DNA from: Calditrichia bacterium | GTDB lineage: Bacteria > Calditrichota > Calditrichia > JAJRVZ01 | NCBI GenBank assembly: GCA_963796965.1 | Contig: CAWCNS010000006.1 | Coordinates: forward strand, 481,179-545,178 | Direction of reading: 5' to 3' | DNA length: 64,000 bases | In this document: positions 22,885 through 33,757 of the stretch, one piece after another | How the letters are laid out: each line of letters starts with the position of its first letter | Position numbering within the stretch: position 1 is the first letter of the stretch | The notes under the pieces: generated by a model | What the model was told of the DNA's origin: nothing | Databases searched by the model: none | The model's input: the letters and a program-made list of their open reading frames with translations, nothing else | Program-made: the position numbers and the translations under genes

Positions 22885-24591
22885 TTAAAAAAGACTGGCT
22901 ATGGTATTAACTACATACATTTTCTGGTCGGAATTTAACTCTGGGTAAATTGGAATGGCCAAAACTTCTTCAGCCGCTTTTTCTGCAATTGGAAAATCAC
23001 CTTTTTGGTAATTAAGAAAAGAGAAACATTCTTGTTCATTTAAGGTAACAGGATAATAAATTTCACATCCAATATTATGCTTACGCAAATGCGCAATAAG
23101 ATCATCCCGCTTAGAAGATCGGAGAACAAATTGGTTAAAAATATGACGATAGCCCTTGCGAATGATAGGTAATCCTAAATCGCTATCGAGATTTTTTCCC
23201 TTAAGCATTGCACAATATTCATTGGCATTGGCCTGTCTACCTTCTGTCCATTGATCAAGATATTCGAGTTTGATCGATAGTACAGCAGCCTGGAGGGCAT
23301 CGATGCGAAAGTTTCCTCCAACAATTTGGTGATAATATTTCGGTTCAGATCCATGTACGCGTAATTTGACCAGTTTTTCCGCCAGGTTATTATCATTGGT
23401 AACAACCATTCCGGCATCACCGAATCCACCCAGGTTTTTGCTTGGGAAAAAGGAAAAACAACCCATATGGCCGATTGAACCAGCTCGTTTTCCATCCTTA
23501 TATTCGGATCCGATTGCCTGGGCGGCATCTTCAATAACAAAAAGTTTATGCTTTCCGGCGATTGACATTATTGGGTCCATATCCGCTAACTGGCCAAATA
23601 AATGGACTGGGATAATTGCTTTGGTTTTATTTGTAATAGCGGCTTCAATTTTTGCGGGATCAATGTTATAGGTATCAGGTTCAATATCGACAAAAACAGG
23701 TGTAGCATTTAATCTTGAAATCACACCAGCAGTTGCAAAAAAACTGAATGGGCTTGTAATAATCTCATCACCGGGGCCCGCATCAATTGCCATTAAGGCA
23801 ATCAATAATGCATCTGTTCCGGATGAAACACCTATCCCATGTTTGCATTGTGAATATTCAGAAATCTTTTCTTCCAATGCTTTGACTTGTGGCCCGAGAA
23901 TAAAATATTGTGAGTCAAACACTTCCTTCATAACGGGCTCAACTCTTTCTCTGATGGTGGCATATTGTGCCTTTAAGTCCAGAAGTGGCACTGAATTGAC
24001 CGCCCTGTTTTCCTTCTCTTGAATCTCTTTTTCATTAACCATCAAATATTCCTTTCCACAAGCCGTACATTTAGTTTCTTTTAAATTGTTGAATTGGAGA
24101 CGGATCCCGCAGTTACACATCCAACCTATTATCTTGCCTGGGTTACCAACAACGAGAGCAAAATCAGGAACGTCTTTTGTTACAACCGCGCCGGCACCGA
24201 TAAAAGAAAATCGCCCAATATCATTTCCGCAAACAATGACAGCATTGGCACCAATGGACGCCCCCTGCTTAACAAGTGTTCTTTGATATTCATCACGTCT
24301 GATAACATGACTTCGGGGATTAACAACATTGGTAAATACCATCGATGGACCCAGGAAGACATCGTCCTCACAAATCACGCCCGTGTAGACCGATACATTA
24401 TTTTGGATTTTTACATTATTTCCTAACTCAACATCGGGAGAGATGACAACATTTTGACCAATATTACATTTGTTACCAATTTTGGCCTTTTGCATTATAT
24501 GCGAAAAATGCCAAATCTTTGTCCCTTCTCCAATCTCACAAGGTTGGTCAACATGACTCGATTCATGGACAAAATAATTCAACTCACTCAT
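22885..24591 (-). CDS. Fusion: WbpD/WlbB-like hexapeptide N-acetyltransferase + DegT/DnrJ/EryC1/StrS (WbpE-like) aminotransferase
   Basis: N-terminus IGEGTKIWHFSHIM, VKIQNNVSVY, GPSMVFTNV; C-terminus VSSGTDAL, IEDAAQAIG, FSFFPSKNLG. Confidence 0.9.
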   Translation of the reverse strand: MSELNYFVHESSHVDQPCEIGEGTKIWHFSHIMQKAKIGNKCNIGQNVVISPDVELGNNVKIQNNVSVYTGVICEDDVFLGPSMVFTNVVNPRSHVIRRDEYQRTLVKQGASIGANAVIVCGNDIGRFSFIGAGAVVTKDVPDFALVVGNPGKIIGWMCNCGIRLQFNNLKETKCTACGKEYLMVNEKEIQEKENRAVNSVPLLDLKAQYATIRERVEPVMKEVFDSQYFILGPQVKALEEKISEYSQCKHGIGVSSGTDALLIALMAIDAGPGDEIITSPFSFFATAGVISRLNATPVFVDIEPDTYNIDPAKIEAAITNKTKAIIPVHLFGQLADMDPIMSIAGKHKLFVIEDAAQAIGSEYKDGKRAGSIGHMGCFSFFPSKNLGGFGDAGMVVTNDNNLAEKLVKLRVHGSEPKYYHQIVGGNFRIDALQAAVLSIKLEYLDQWTEGRQANANEYCAMLKGKNLDSDLGLPIIRKGYRHIFNQFVLRSSKRDDLIAHLRKHNIGCEIYYPVTLNEQECFSFLNYQKGDFPIAEKAAEEVLAIPIYPELNSDQKMYVVNTIASLF

Positions 24592-24609
24592 AAAAATTCC
24601 TTGTTACAA

Positions 24610-25545
24610 TCAAATGATTTTTTCTTTAATGGAATAAGATCCTTCCTCACCCTTCAAATTAGTTATCATTTCTCCGATTAATCCAATCGAAAAAGACTGC
24701 ATACCTACAATCATTAATAGGACACCTAAAAAAAGCAGCGGTCGATTACCGATTCCGTGTCCCATAAACCAAAGTACACTCAAATAAAAGGAAATAATAA
24801 ATCCAAGTGTAAGTGAACCAAGACCAAAAAATCCGAAGAGATGCAGTGGTTTTTGACGGTAGCGGGTTAAAAAGAGAACGGTGAATAAATCAAAAAAACC
24901 ATCAAAAAATCGCCGCAGACCATATTTTGTCTCTCCATATTTTCGGGGATGGTGCTGAACAACAACCTCCCCGACTTTAAAGCCCTTCCAATGAGCCAAA
25001 ACAGGCAAATAGCGGTGAAGACTTCCATATACAGGAATTTCTTTAATGACCTCCTGCCGGTATCCTTTTAGTCCACAATTAAAATCATTTATCTTAATTC
25101 CCGTCAGACGAGAAGTAATAAAGTTGAAAAGTTTAGACGGAATGGTTTTTCCAAGGGGATCAAATCTTTTCTTTTTCCAGCCGGAGACAAGATCATATCC
25201 ACTTTTTATTTTATCAATAATATTTGGTATTTCAGCAGGATCATCCTGAAGATCAGCATCCATGGTGATGATAATATCACCCTCAGCTAATTTAAAGCCT
25301 TCAGATAATGCGGCACTTTTACCGTAATTTTTTCTGAAGCTGAGAATTTTAATGTCTGGGTATTTTAAATGCAATTCTTTTAATTTATCGAGTGATTTAT
25401 CTGTGCTACCATCATCGATAAAACATATTTCAAAAGTTTGCTTTAGGTTTGAAAAAGACTCATTAATTTGTGCTATTAATTCCTGTAAAGATTCTTCTTC
25501 ATTATAAAGGGGTATAACAATGGAAACATCCATCTTATCTTCCAA
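24610..25545 (-). CDS. GT2 glycosyltransferase (ArnC/DPM-like, polyprenyl-phosphate)
   Basis: SIVIPLYNEE, DDGSTD, MDADLQDDP, DFNCGLK, HRYLPVLA, two C-terminal TM helices. Confidence 0.9.
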   Translation of the reverse strand: MEDKMDVSIVIPLYNEEESLQELIAQINESFSNLKQTFEICFIDDGSTDKSLDKLKELHLKYPDIKILSFRKNYGKSAALSEGFKLAEGDIIITMDADLQDDPAEIPNIIDKIKSGYDLVSGWKKKRFDPLGKTIPSKLFNFITSRLTGIKINDFNCGLKGYRQEVIKEIPVYGSLHRYLPVLAHWKGFKVGEVVVQHHPRKYGETKYGLRRFFDGFFDLFTVLFLTRYRQKPLHLFGFFGLGSLTLGFIISFYLSVLWFMGHGIGNRPLLFLGVLLMIVGMQSFSIGLIGEMITNLKGEEGSYSIKEKII

Positions 25546-25600
25546 TCATTGAGTTTAGTTTCGTTGATTTGCTATATTAAAACGTAAATAATTCATTTCT

Positions 25601-25718
25601 CACAAAGACACAATGAGTTGCTTTAAAAGATTTATGTGAGAAAACTGAATTTGACTCATAGTTTTTAATTAAATGTTTCTTTGTGGTTTAATGTCATCGC
25701 GTGTCCCGCATGGGCGGG
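25601..25718. repeat. 9-mer-unit inverted-repeat element plus CCCGC-ATGG-GCGGG mini-hairpin
   Basis: CACAAAGACACAATGAG ... CTTTGTGGTTTAATGTCATCGCGTG, then CCCGCATGGGCGGG. Confidence 0.5.
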
Positions 25719-25833
25719 AGTGAATAGATCTGTATAAGATAGTTTTTTTCCAGCCGAGCAAAATATCCTGAAAAATTTTTCAAATAATCGATGGTTATAA
25801 ATTTACGCAGTTCTAATTAAGATTATCAACTCT

Positions 25834-26613
25834 TTAGGGAAGATAATTCATCTGTTCAGCGTGATCAGAAATCTTAAGAATAAATTTTTCGGGTTCAATC
25901 ACTTCATTTAGAGTGATCCGGGTATAAAATACAGAAACCGCTTGTTTTTTTACCGGGCGAATCATATTGATTTTTCTAGGAAAATAAAGGTCATTTGAGT
26001 GAAAAAAATTTCCATACTCACGTGTGGTTGTTGATTTGCTATCTCTCACGTTTGTTATTTTTGTTATTCGACCAATAGAATTATCTATCCAGATTGTATA
26101 TTTGTTCTCATGGTTTTCGGCCTCAATAAGATATAAGTCATCTTCTATTGTATAGTCAGCAATCTTCATCGATGGCAAATTCTCTTTTGCAGCAAAAATA
26201 TGGACGAGCTCAGTCAATTTTAAAGGAAATTGAAAAAAATTCTGATCCTCGAAATCGTTTATTGATCCATTATAAAATTTATTGGTCAATTGATTGTAAA
26301 AAATGAAACGATCTTTTCCAATAAACAAAGTGCCGGCCTGAATACCAAATGGACCACTGACTGATAAGAGCAACGAATCATTATGTGTATAATAAACAGA
26401 TGCAAAGAAATTCCCACTAAATTCTTCTGAATCAACAGAAATTCGACAACTTGCCTGTAAAGTGGTGATTTTATTCTGCTCAGCATCGATGAAATCTAAC
26501 AATTCATTAATGGTGACTTTTTTGGTGTCGAGAGCAATTTTGGGGCTTGTACAGGAAGAAATTAATAAAATAATAATGGGAAGTAGTCTACATATCATGC
26601 CTGATATTTTCAA
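25834..26613 (-). CDS. DUF4292-like (LolB-like) lipoprotein
   Basis: Lipobox LISSC; DSLLLSVSGPFGI motif; YFPRKI; follows a TPR gene as in FCB genomes. Confidence 0.7.
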   Translation of the reverse strand: MKISGMICRLLPIIILLISSCTSPKIALDTKKVTINELLDFIDAEQNKITTLQASCRISVDSEEFSGNFFASVYYTHNDSLLLSVSGPFGIQAGTLFIGKDRFIFYNQLTNKFYNGSINDFEDQNFFQFPLKLTELVHIFAAKENLPSMKIADYTIEDDLYLIEAENHENKYTIWIDNSIGRITKITNVRDSKSTTTREYGNFFHSNDLYFPRKINMIRPVKKQAVSVFYTRITLNEVIEPEKFILKISDHAEQMNYLP

Positions 26614-28399
26614 TTTTCTCTATTAACCTTTCGTTATCCTCATCTATTTCAAGGGCGCGTTTCCAGAGATTACGCGCTTCATCAATTTCACCAAGTTTAA
26701 GATAGACATCCCCAAGATGTTCCACGACGACGGCACTTTCTTCTTGCTGCTCGACAGAGCGTTTGATATGAACAAGAGCAAGGTTATATCGTCCTAACTT
26801 ATAGTAAATCCAACCAATGGTGTCCTGATAAGCACTATTATCTGGTTCGGCTTCAACCGCTTTCCTGGACATTTCTAACGCATATTCTAACCTTTCAGAT
26901 CTTTCGGCAAGAGTATAAGCATAATTATTTAAAAAAAGCGGATTATTGGGGTAAACTTTGAGAGCTTTTTCATAAAGACTATCACATTTATCATATATGC
27001 GGAGCTCATCATACAGCATACCAAGTGTGCTGATTGCATTATAATTTTCCGGGTCAATTTGTAATGCCCTCTCCAGGGTACTTACAGCCTCATTTTTTCG
27101 CTCCAACCTGTTTAATGAAAATCCATAAGAGACCAATGTGTTCGTGTTTGTAGAATCAATCCTCACGGATTTTTCAAATTGAAGTATGGCTTCCTTGTCC
27201 CGGTCCAATCTCTGCAGAGCAATACCATGAAAAGTTAAGAGAAACGGGTCATTGGGAAGATATTTCAAAGCATGCTGATAATGAATTTCAGCTTTTTCAA
27301 GGCTATCAGCATCGGAGAGCACAAAACCCTTAAAGATCCAACCGATCCTGTTTTTAGGATCAAGATCAATTATTTTTTGAAAGTTAATGGCAGCTTCATT
27401 ATAGTTTTTCATTCCCCATTTTACTCGACCTAGTAGGTCATATGTCTGCCAGGGAGTGTCTTTTTCCTGTGCTAGCGGGAGAAGTATGGATTCAGATCTT
27501 TGAAGATCACGATCTTCCTTGGAAAGGTAGGCATCTGCAATTGCCAACCTGTAGATCGTTGCATAAGAGGTATCTGCATAGGGTGAAAACAATTCAATTA
27601 ATTCTGTCCATCTTTCTTCTTTACGGCAAATATGATAGATTCTTTCAGCGGCTTCGGGCACCTGGGGTGCAATATAGAGTGCCTGACTATATGCGTCTAA
27701 TGCAGGATCTATATTGTCTTTCAGCTCATGGGCCATACCGATACTATACCACATACTGGCATTTGCGGAATCAGCATGAACATACAGCTCGAATAAAGCC
27801 AATGCTTCGTCCACTTTTCCATTTTTAAGATATATCGTTGCGGCTTTGCGCACCCAATCTTCATCCTCACCATATATATTGATCATTTCTTCATATTGTT
27901 GGGCAAGACCAATATCATTATTATTCTTTCGATATAATAGAAGCAGACGGCTACGTGCATTCTCATCGAGAGGATTAATCTCAAGTACTTTTTTAAGATT
28001 ATCAATTGCTCTTTTATCATCCTTTAGTCGATAGTGAGAATCTGCAATTAGTCGAATAGTCTCTGGTTCATCAGGACTAAGACGCAGTGATTTTTGCAGA
28101 TAGCGCAGGGCGCTCTCATATCGTCCTAAAGCAATATGATTTTCAGCAATGCGATTATAAATTGTCGAGGAAGAAGAGTCGTATAACAAAGCCTGATAAT
28201 ATTCAATCAATGCATTTTCATGCTTATTTTCCAGCTCATAAAACATACCACTGGAAAAGTGATCGCGAGCCTTCATTTCGTGTCTGTGATCACTCTCGGT
28301 TTGATGATATATCTGCTGTTTGGAGCAACTCAAAAATGAGAAAATAATCAGCAATAATATGTATAGATATTTTTTCATGGGCGCATAATTTAATTGCAC
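26588..28399 (-). CDS. Tetratricopeptide-repeat lipoprotein
   Basis: Lipobox FLSC; many TPRs; LNNYAYTLA, YQDTIGWIYYKLG, EHLGDVY. Confidence 0.9.
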   Translation of the reverse strand: MQLNYAPMKKYLYILLLIIFSFLSCSKQQIYHQTESDHRHEMKARDHFSSGMFYELENKHENALIEYYQALLYDSSSSTIYNRIAENHIALGRYESALRYLQKSLRLSPDEPETIRLIADSHYRLKDDKRAIDNLKKVLEINPLDENARSRLLLLYRKNNNDIGLAQQYEEMINIYGEDEDWVRKAATIYLKNGKVDEALALFELYVHADSANASMWYSIGMAHELKDNIDPALDAYSQALYIAPQVPEAAERIYHICRKEERWTELIELFSPYADTSYATIYRLAIADAYLSKEDRDLQRSESILLPLAQEKDTPWQTYDLLGRVKWGMKNYNEAAINFQKIIDLDPKNRIGWIFKGFVLSDADSLEKAEIHYQHALKYLPNDPFLLTFHGIALQRLDRDKEAILQFEKSVRIDSTNTNTLVSYGFSLNRLERKNEAVSTLERALQIDPENYNAISTLGMLYDELRIYDKCDSLYEKALKVYPNNPLFLNNYAYTLAERSERLEYALEMSRKAVEAEPDNSAYQDTIGWIYYKLGRYNLALVHIKRSVEQQEESAVVVEHLGDVYLKLGEIDEARNLWKRALEIDEDNERLIEKIENIRHDM

Positions 28400-28677
28400 A
28401 TCATAGTAATAACAAGTTTATATTCCAAATCAACCAAATCGGCTTGATTTGCCCTCTTTTAATCCTTATTTTCGGGCCGAAATGTATTAAAGGACATGTT
28501 TAAACGGGTCATTTTGTGTATCTGTAAATTATTCGAACTTTTCACTCATTGGTTGTAAATCAGGATTACTCGTTCTTGTTAATTTATCTCTTAGTATTTT
28601 TATTTTATAGCTGTAAATTATACCAGTTTTAATATAATTAATTATAGTATAGATCATATGAAATAGTTCCATTTGTT

Positions 28678-30849
28678 ATGAAAAGAAGAAGAAGAACCAA
28701 CGCAACATCCACAAAGATTAAACCAGTAACCCAGGAAACACCGGTATCGACTAATTTTCAGCCTTCAAAACCAGTGTCTAAAACGAAGCTCACTCTGGTG
28801 TGGTTTCTCCTAATAGTTATTATCGGAGGCGGATCAGTATATCTTTACTATTTAAGTCAAGATCTGCCATCCCTTACAAAACTTGAAAACATTGATCCTG
28901 CTTTAGCTACAAAAGTATATTCTGAGGATGGGGAATTAATTGAGAGTTTCCATCTCAAGAATAGAACCATTACACCATTTAATAAATTTCCTGAAGAATT
29001 GATCGTATGCTTGCTCGCAACGGAAGATCGTCGTTTTTATAAGCATTGGGGTGTTAATGTTCTAAGTGGCTTCCGCTCCCTTTATGTTAACCTCACACAT
29101 TTTGCGATAGTAGAGGGCAGTAGCACGCTAACAATGCAATTATCTAAAAATTTGTATTTTGGGTTGGAGCGGATCTGGTCTAGAAAGATTAAAGAAGTAT
29201 TAACAACAATCCAGATTGAGCGTACGTATTCCAAGAATGAAATTTTGGAAATGTATCTTAATATTATGTTTTTTGGAAGTAATTCTTTTGGGGTTCAGGC
29301 AGCTGCTAAACGCTTCTTTTCAAAGGATGTTGAAGAACTTAAGATCGAGGAATGTGCTGTACTTATAGGTGTTCTAAAAGCCCAAACCCTCTATAACCCA
29401 TTGAATAATCCGGAGAGATCGATAAAAAGACGCAATATAGTTTTAAAAAATCTTGTCGAAGTCAATTATCTAACCCCGTCTCAATATGATAGTATCTCGG
29501 CAATACCTCTTAACCTAAATCCATCATCTAATGATGGAAGTATCTCCCCATATTTTTCAGAATACGTTCGGCAACAATTAAACCGTTTACAAGATTCTCT
29601 AGATGTAAATGTATATGAAGATGGTTTGCGTGTATACACAACCTTAAACACAAAGATACAAACTTTAATGAATGAAGCAATTGCAACAGAAATGCCCAGG
29701 TTGCAAGATCGTGTCAGACGAAAATCTGATATGTTGAAATTGAAAAAGACGCTTACTGATTCTCTTAAGTCAGATTCTCTTTTTAAAGAAATGACAACCG
29801 TTCAAATAGCATTTATTTGTCTTGATCCCTCCAACGGGCATATTTTAGGAATGGTGGGTGGTCGGGATTTTAAGAAATACAAGTTTAATCGTGCCACCCA
29901 AGCACCGCGACAACCAGGCTCTGCGTTTAAACCATTTGTATATATGGCAGCCCTTGATAATGGATATAGCCCGGCAGATGAATTTCTTAATCAGCCATTT
30001 GTTGAGATAAATGATGACGGAACGCGTTGGACGCCTCATAATTATGATAATACCGTTTCGGGATATATGTCTCTTCGTGAGGCACTCAGACGTTCTAAAA
30101 ATTTAGTTTCAATCAGACTCATTCGGGAGATAACCCCTAAATTAGTTGCCGGTTATGCCACTAGGATGGGTATAACATCACCGATTCGTCCTGTGTCTTC
30201 GCTTGCATTGGGGACCTCAGAAGTTCGTCCAATCGAGTTAGTATCTGCATACGGGGTCTTCAGTAATAATGGGGTTCATGTGAAGCCCATTGCAATTACA
30301 AAGATCGAAGACAAAACGGGAAATATTATCTATGTCAATCGAACAATTGGAAGAGAAGTCTTAAGTCCAGAAACAACTCAGATTATAAATAATATGTTGC
30401 AAGACGTTATGAATAAAGGGACCGGGTACGGGGCCCGCCGTGATTATAAGTTTTTTGAAGCGGCTGGTGGTAAAACTGGTACGACAAATGATTATACAGA
30501 TGCCTGGTTTGTTGGCTTTACCGCTCATTTGGCTACAGGGGTGTGGGTTGGTTTTGACGATCCAAGTCTTTCGCTTGGATCAGGAGAAACCGGAGCGCGA
30601 GCCGCGCTACCTTTATGGGCTAATTTTATGGCGGCAGTATATGACTCGTTGGATTTCCCACCAAAAAAGTTTGCTGAATCACCAAATGTTATGACGGCTG
30701 TAATCTGCAAAGATACAAGGAAGTTAGCAACCTCTTATTGCCCTGAAACAATTGAGGAACTTTTCAACCTAAAATTTATTCCAACGGAAAAATGCGATCA
30801 ACATGAGGGTCCGACTTCGGTTAAAAGGGAAAGAAAGAAGCGTTTTTAA
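28678..30849 (+). CDS. mrcA: Penicillin-binding protein 1A (transglycosylase/transpeptidase)
   Basis: TEDRRFYKHWG, GSSTLTMQLSKN, RKIKE; transpeptidase motifs SAFK, SKN, KTG. Confidence 0.92.
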   Translation: MKRRRRTNATSTKIKPVTQETPVSTNFQPSKPVSKTKLTLVWFLLIVIIGGGSVYLYYLSQDLPSLTKLENIDPALATKVYSEDGELIESFHLKNRTITPFNKFPEELIVCLLATEDRRFYKHWGVNVLSGFRSLYVNLTHFAIVEGSSTLTMQLSKNLYFGLERIWSRKIKEVLTTIQIERTYSKNEILEMYLNIMFFGSNSFGVQAAAKRFFSKDVEELKIEECAVLIGVLKAQTLYNPLNNPERSIKRRNIVLKNLVEVNYLTPSQYDSISAIPLNLNPSSNDGSISPYFSEYVRQQLNRLQDSLDVNVYEDGLRVYTTLNTKIQTLMNEAIATEMPRLQDRVRRKSDMLKLKKTLTDSLKSDSLFKEMTTVQIAFICLDPSNGHILGMVGGRDFKKYKFNRATQAPRQPGSAFKPFVYMAALDNGYSPADEFLNQPFVEINDDGTRWTPHNYDNTVSGYMSLREALRRSKNLVSIRLIREITPKLVAGYATRMGITSPIRPVSSLALGTSEVRPIELVSAYGVFSNNGVHVKPIAITKIEDKTGNIIYVNRTIGREVLSPETTQIINNMLQDVMNKGTGYGARRDYKFFEAAGGKTGTTNDYTDAWFVGFTAHLATGVWVGFDDPSLSLGSGETGARAALPLWANFMAAVYDSLDFPPKKFAESPNVMTAVICKDTRKLATSYCPETIEELFNLKFIPTEKCDQHEGPTSVKRERKKRF

Positions 30850-30862
30850 ATTCTTTAATAGT

Positions 30863-32038
30863 TTAGCGTAGCCATGTTTGCGGATTGACATTTTTTTGAT
30901 TTGCAAAAACGGCAAAATGTAGTTTTGAACCTTCCAATGATCCGGAATCACCAACCAAACCGATTACTTTTCCGGTTAAAACCAGTTCATCTAAATCAAC
31001 AAAAAACTCATCGAGATGAGAATAGACGGTATAATAACCTTCTCCATGATCAAGAATTATTGTGTTCCCATAGCCTGAAAGATAAGTGATCATACTGACG
31101 ATACCTGTAAAGACAGCTCGCACATCCTCTCCGGTCTGAGCCTTGATATCGATTCCGGTGTAATTAATTGTGGTTTTCAGTCTGTTGTTTCGTTGTTTAC
31201 CAAACTTATGAATAATTTTTCCGTTTACGGGCCACGGCAGGTTGCCTTTATTTTTTCTAAAATCTTTTAGAGTAAGGGCATAATTAATTTTAGAATCCCC
31301 ACTATCCTCACGATTTTTTCTTTTTCTTTCCAGGGTAACAATTAATTGGTATAACTTTTGATACTCGACTTCCGCACTTTGGAGTTGCTGATTTAAACTT
31401 TTATTACTTTTGTTAAGTTTCGAAACCAGTGATTTCTTATCTTTTTTTCTGCTCTGATACTTTCTCTCTTGTTGCTCTTTTAATTTGAGAGATGATCGTT
31501 GGTTTTGATAATCCTGACTAAGCTGGCGTTCTAAAATTTGGATTTCTTCTAAACGGGCATATATTTTTTTTATGACTAATTTTTCCTGATCATTAAAATA
31601 CTTTAAATACCGATAACGGATAAAAGCATGATTTATAGATTCGGATTCAATAAGTAGTTCAAGGTTCTGTATTTTACCATATTTATAGAGGTGGACAACT
31701 CTTTTAGCATATTGATCTTTTAAAGCCTTTAGTTTTCTTCTACTGATCTCCAACTGTTCACGAATTGTTGTGATGCGACCCGAGAGTAATTTAGTTTCAC
31801 TCCCCAACAAACGTTTCGACTTGTTTAACAGGGATATTTCACGATCGATAACTTTTATTTGTTCAAGAGTCGAACTTGCTTTAATATTTGTCTTTGTTAT
31901 CTGGTTACGAAGTTGATTAATTTCAACTTTTATTTTATCCAGTTGTTGTTGACTGCCACGGAGCTGTATATCAACATCGCTTTTTGCAAAGATGGGTTGG
32001 ATAAGAAATAGCAAAATGATAGATATATTCAGTTTCAT
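30863..32038 (-). CDS. envC: Murein hydrolase activator EnvC-like (coiled coil + degenerate M23)
   Basis: Signal peptide, long coiled coil, LPWPVNG, YTGIDI, YYTVYSHL, LHFAV. Confidence 0.8.
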   Translation of the reverse strand: MKLNISIILLFLIQPIFAKSDVDIQLRGSQQQLDKIKVEINQLRNQITKTNIKASSTLEQIKVIDREISLLNKSKRLLGSETKLLSGRITTIREQLEISRRKLKALKDQYAKRVVHLYKYGKIQNLELLIESESINHAFIRYRYLKYFNDQEKLVIKKIYARLEEIQILERQLSQDYQNQRSSLKLKEQQERKYQSRKKDKKSLVSKLNKSNKSLNQQLQSAEVEYQKLYQLIVTLERKRKNREDSGDSKINYALTLKDFRKNKGNLPWPVNGKIIHKFGKQRNNRLKTTINYTGIDIKAQTGEDVRAVFTGIVSMITYLSGYGNTIILDHGEGYYTVYSHLDEFFVDLDELVLTGKVIGLVGDSGSLEGSKLHFAVFANQKNVNPQTWLR

Positions 32039-32886
32039 AAAATTACCCTAATTGTAAAAATATGCGATGCCCCCAGAAAGGGGTGAAGCTTTAAAGCATA
32101 GTCAAAAACGATCCAATTTGTGTTTATACCAAGCCCAAAGTTATAAGTGTTTATTTGATCCTCTATACCTGCCCGTATTGACAGATTTGGTAAGGTTTGA
32201 AAAGAAAATCCAAATCTATAATCCTGAGAAAAGTGAATGTCCCGAATAAGTGCAAAGCAAACAGACAAAGCGCTAATTGGCTCATAGTTTAACCCCATGC
32301 TCATTGTTTGTGGCAAAAATTCTGCTTTTTGGGAAATCCGCGGCTTGTTAATGTTTGTTACCAGGGCTCCCAAATAGAGATTGGGTAAAATATTATAATA
32401 AAGGGCCAGATTTATACCCCATGTGCTTTGCTGCCCATAATGATGTATTAATAGTTGATAGTATTGTATGCTTCCGCCAATAGCGCACACAGGTGTGATA
32501 TTGTACTTACTGCCCATGCAAACTTGAATTTCCCTATAGCGTCCGTTACCAAACTGGTTCAGGGCTATTGAAAAAGGTCTTTTGGCGATCGAAAAATTTA
32601 TTATTATATCTGCTTGTGAAAGATCCTTTATTTCATATAGAATCTGATAGGACAATATAATATCAATTTTTATGCTATCTGACAATACAGCTGGATTATA
32701 ATAGATCGCATAAGGTGAACCTATCAGAGCAACAATTGCATTTCCCATTGAATTTGGCAATGCACCGGCTTCCATTTTCTCAAATGCGCTTATAGCGTTC
32801 GTGTTAAAACATACCAGAAATCCCATTAACAGAAAGTAAAACGTCCAGGATTTCTTTAAATCATATAAAAATTTACAAAAATTCAT
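32035..32886 (-). CDS. PorV/PorQ-like outer-membrane beta-barrel protein
   Basis: GALPNSMGNA...AIYYNPAVL N-terminal signature; LSIRAG, GLGI, FDYA strands. Confidence 0.6.
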   Translation of the reverse strand: MNFCKFLYDLKKSWTFYFLLMGFLVCFNTNAISAFEKMEAGALPNSMGNAIVALIGSPYAIYYNPAVLSDSIKIDIILSYQILYEIKDLSQADIIINFSIAKRPFSIALNQFGNGRYREIQVCMGSKYNITPVCAIGGSIQYYQLLIHHYGQQSTWGINLALYYNILPNLYLGALVTNINKPRISQKAEFLPQTMSMGLNYEPISALSVCFALIRDIHFSQDYRFGFSFQTLPNLSIRAGIEDQINTYNFGLGINTNWIVFDYALKLHPFLGASHIFTIRVIL

Positions 32887-33041
32887 TGGCAGTTGTAAAA
32901 CTTTTAAATTATTAGATTACATTTCTGACACATTGAATGAGAAAGCAACAATTATTCCAATTTTCCTGGATATCAGTACACAGGTAAAAATTTTACTTTA
33001 CATGAAATATTAGTTAGTTTGTAGGCGTTTCTTAAAAATAG

Positions 33042-33055
33042 TTAGACTAATCTAA
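33042..33055. promoter_or_regulatory. Putative DtxR/MntR-family operator
   Basis: TTAG-ACTAAT-CTAA palindrome 10 nt before the ATG of a DtxR-family gene; the context GTTAGACTAATCTAA resembles the DtxR box half GTTAGCCTAACCTAA. Confidence 0.6.
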
Positions 33056-33065
33056 TATTAGGCAT

Positions 33066-33716
33066 ATGGAAATTTCACGGACCCAGCAAGATTATATTAA
33101 GACCATTTGGACTCTGGAGCAAGATCATAGACGGGCAAAAATGACTAGGGTTGCAGAGATACTTAGCCTGAAACCTCCTACGGTCCTGGCGATGTTTCGA
33201 CAGTTGTCACGTCTAGCTCTTATCTACTATGATAAGCGCAACGGGGCTATATTAACAAAAACGGGTCGTATCGAAGCAGAACGTTTGATTCGTAAGCATC
33301 GGCTGATAGAGACTTTTTTGAACCAGGTCCTGAACATTGAAGAGCCGCTTTTGCATGACGAGGCTGAAAAATTAGAGCATGTTATTTCAGATCAATTAAT
33401 AATGATAATTGATGAATACCTGGAATATCCACGAACGGATCCTCATGGATCCATTATTCCTCTCTCCGGCACAGATGAAATTCTGTATGCGCTGAATGAT
33501 ATTGAAGAAGGCATTCTTTTTAAGGTTGTCCAAATTCCAATGACCGGAAAAGAAAAATCTTATTGCTCTGACAATGATTTTTTACCGGGAAGCAGGTGGG
33601 AGATTAAACGTACCGGTCCTGATGGAGATTCATTTTTAATTACAAACGGTGAAAACTATTTAGCATTTTCAAATCAGTTTGCACGAAAAATAAAAGTTAC
33701 TGTATTGAAAGATTAA
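33066..33716 (+). CDS. DtxR/MntR family metal-dependent regulator with C-terminal FeoA-like domain
   Basis: QDYIKTI, HTH, RKHRLIETFL, LHDEAEKLEH, DPHGSIIP. Confidence 0.9.
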   Translation: MEISRTQQDYIKTIWTLEQDHRRAKMTRVAEILSLKPPTVLAMFRQLSRLALIYYDKRNGAILTKTGRIEAERLIRKHRLIETFLNQVLNIEEPLLHDEAEKLEHVISDQLIMIIDEYLEYPRTDPHGSIIPLSGTDEILYALNDIEEGILFKVVQIPMTGKEKSYCSDNDFLPGSRWEIKRTGPDGDSFLITNGENYLAFSNQFARKIKVTVLKD

Positions 33717-33757
33717 AAAATTTTACACCAACTAATTACTATATAGAAGGATATATA

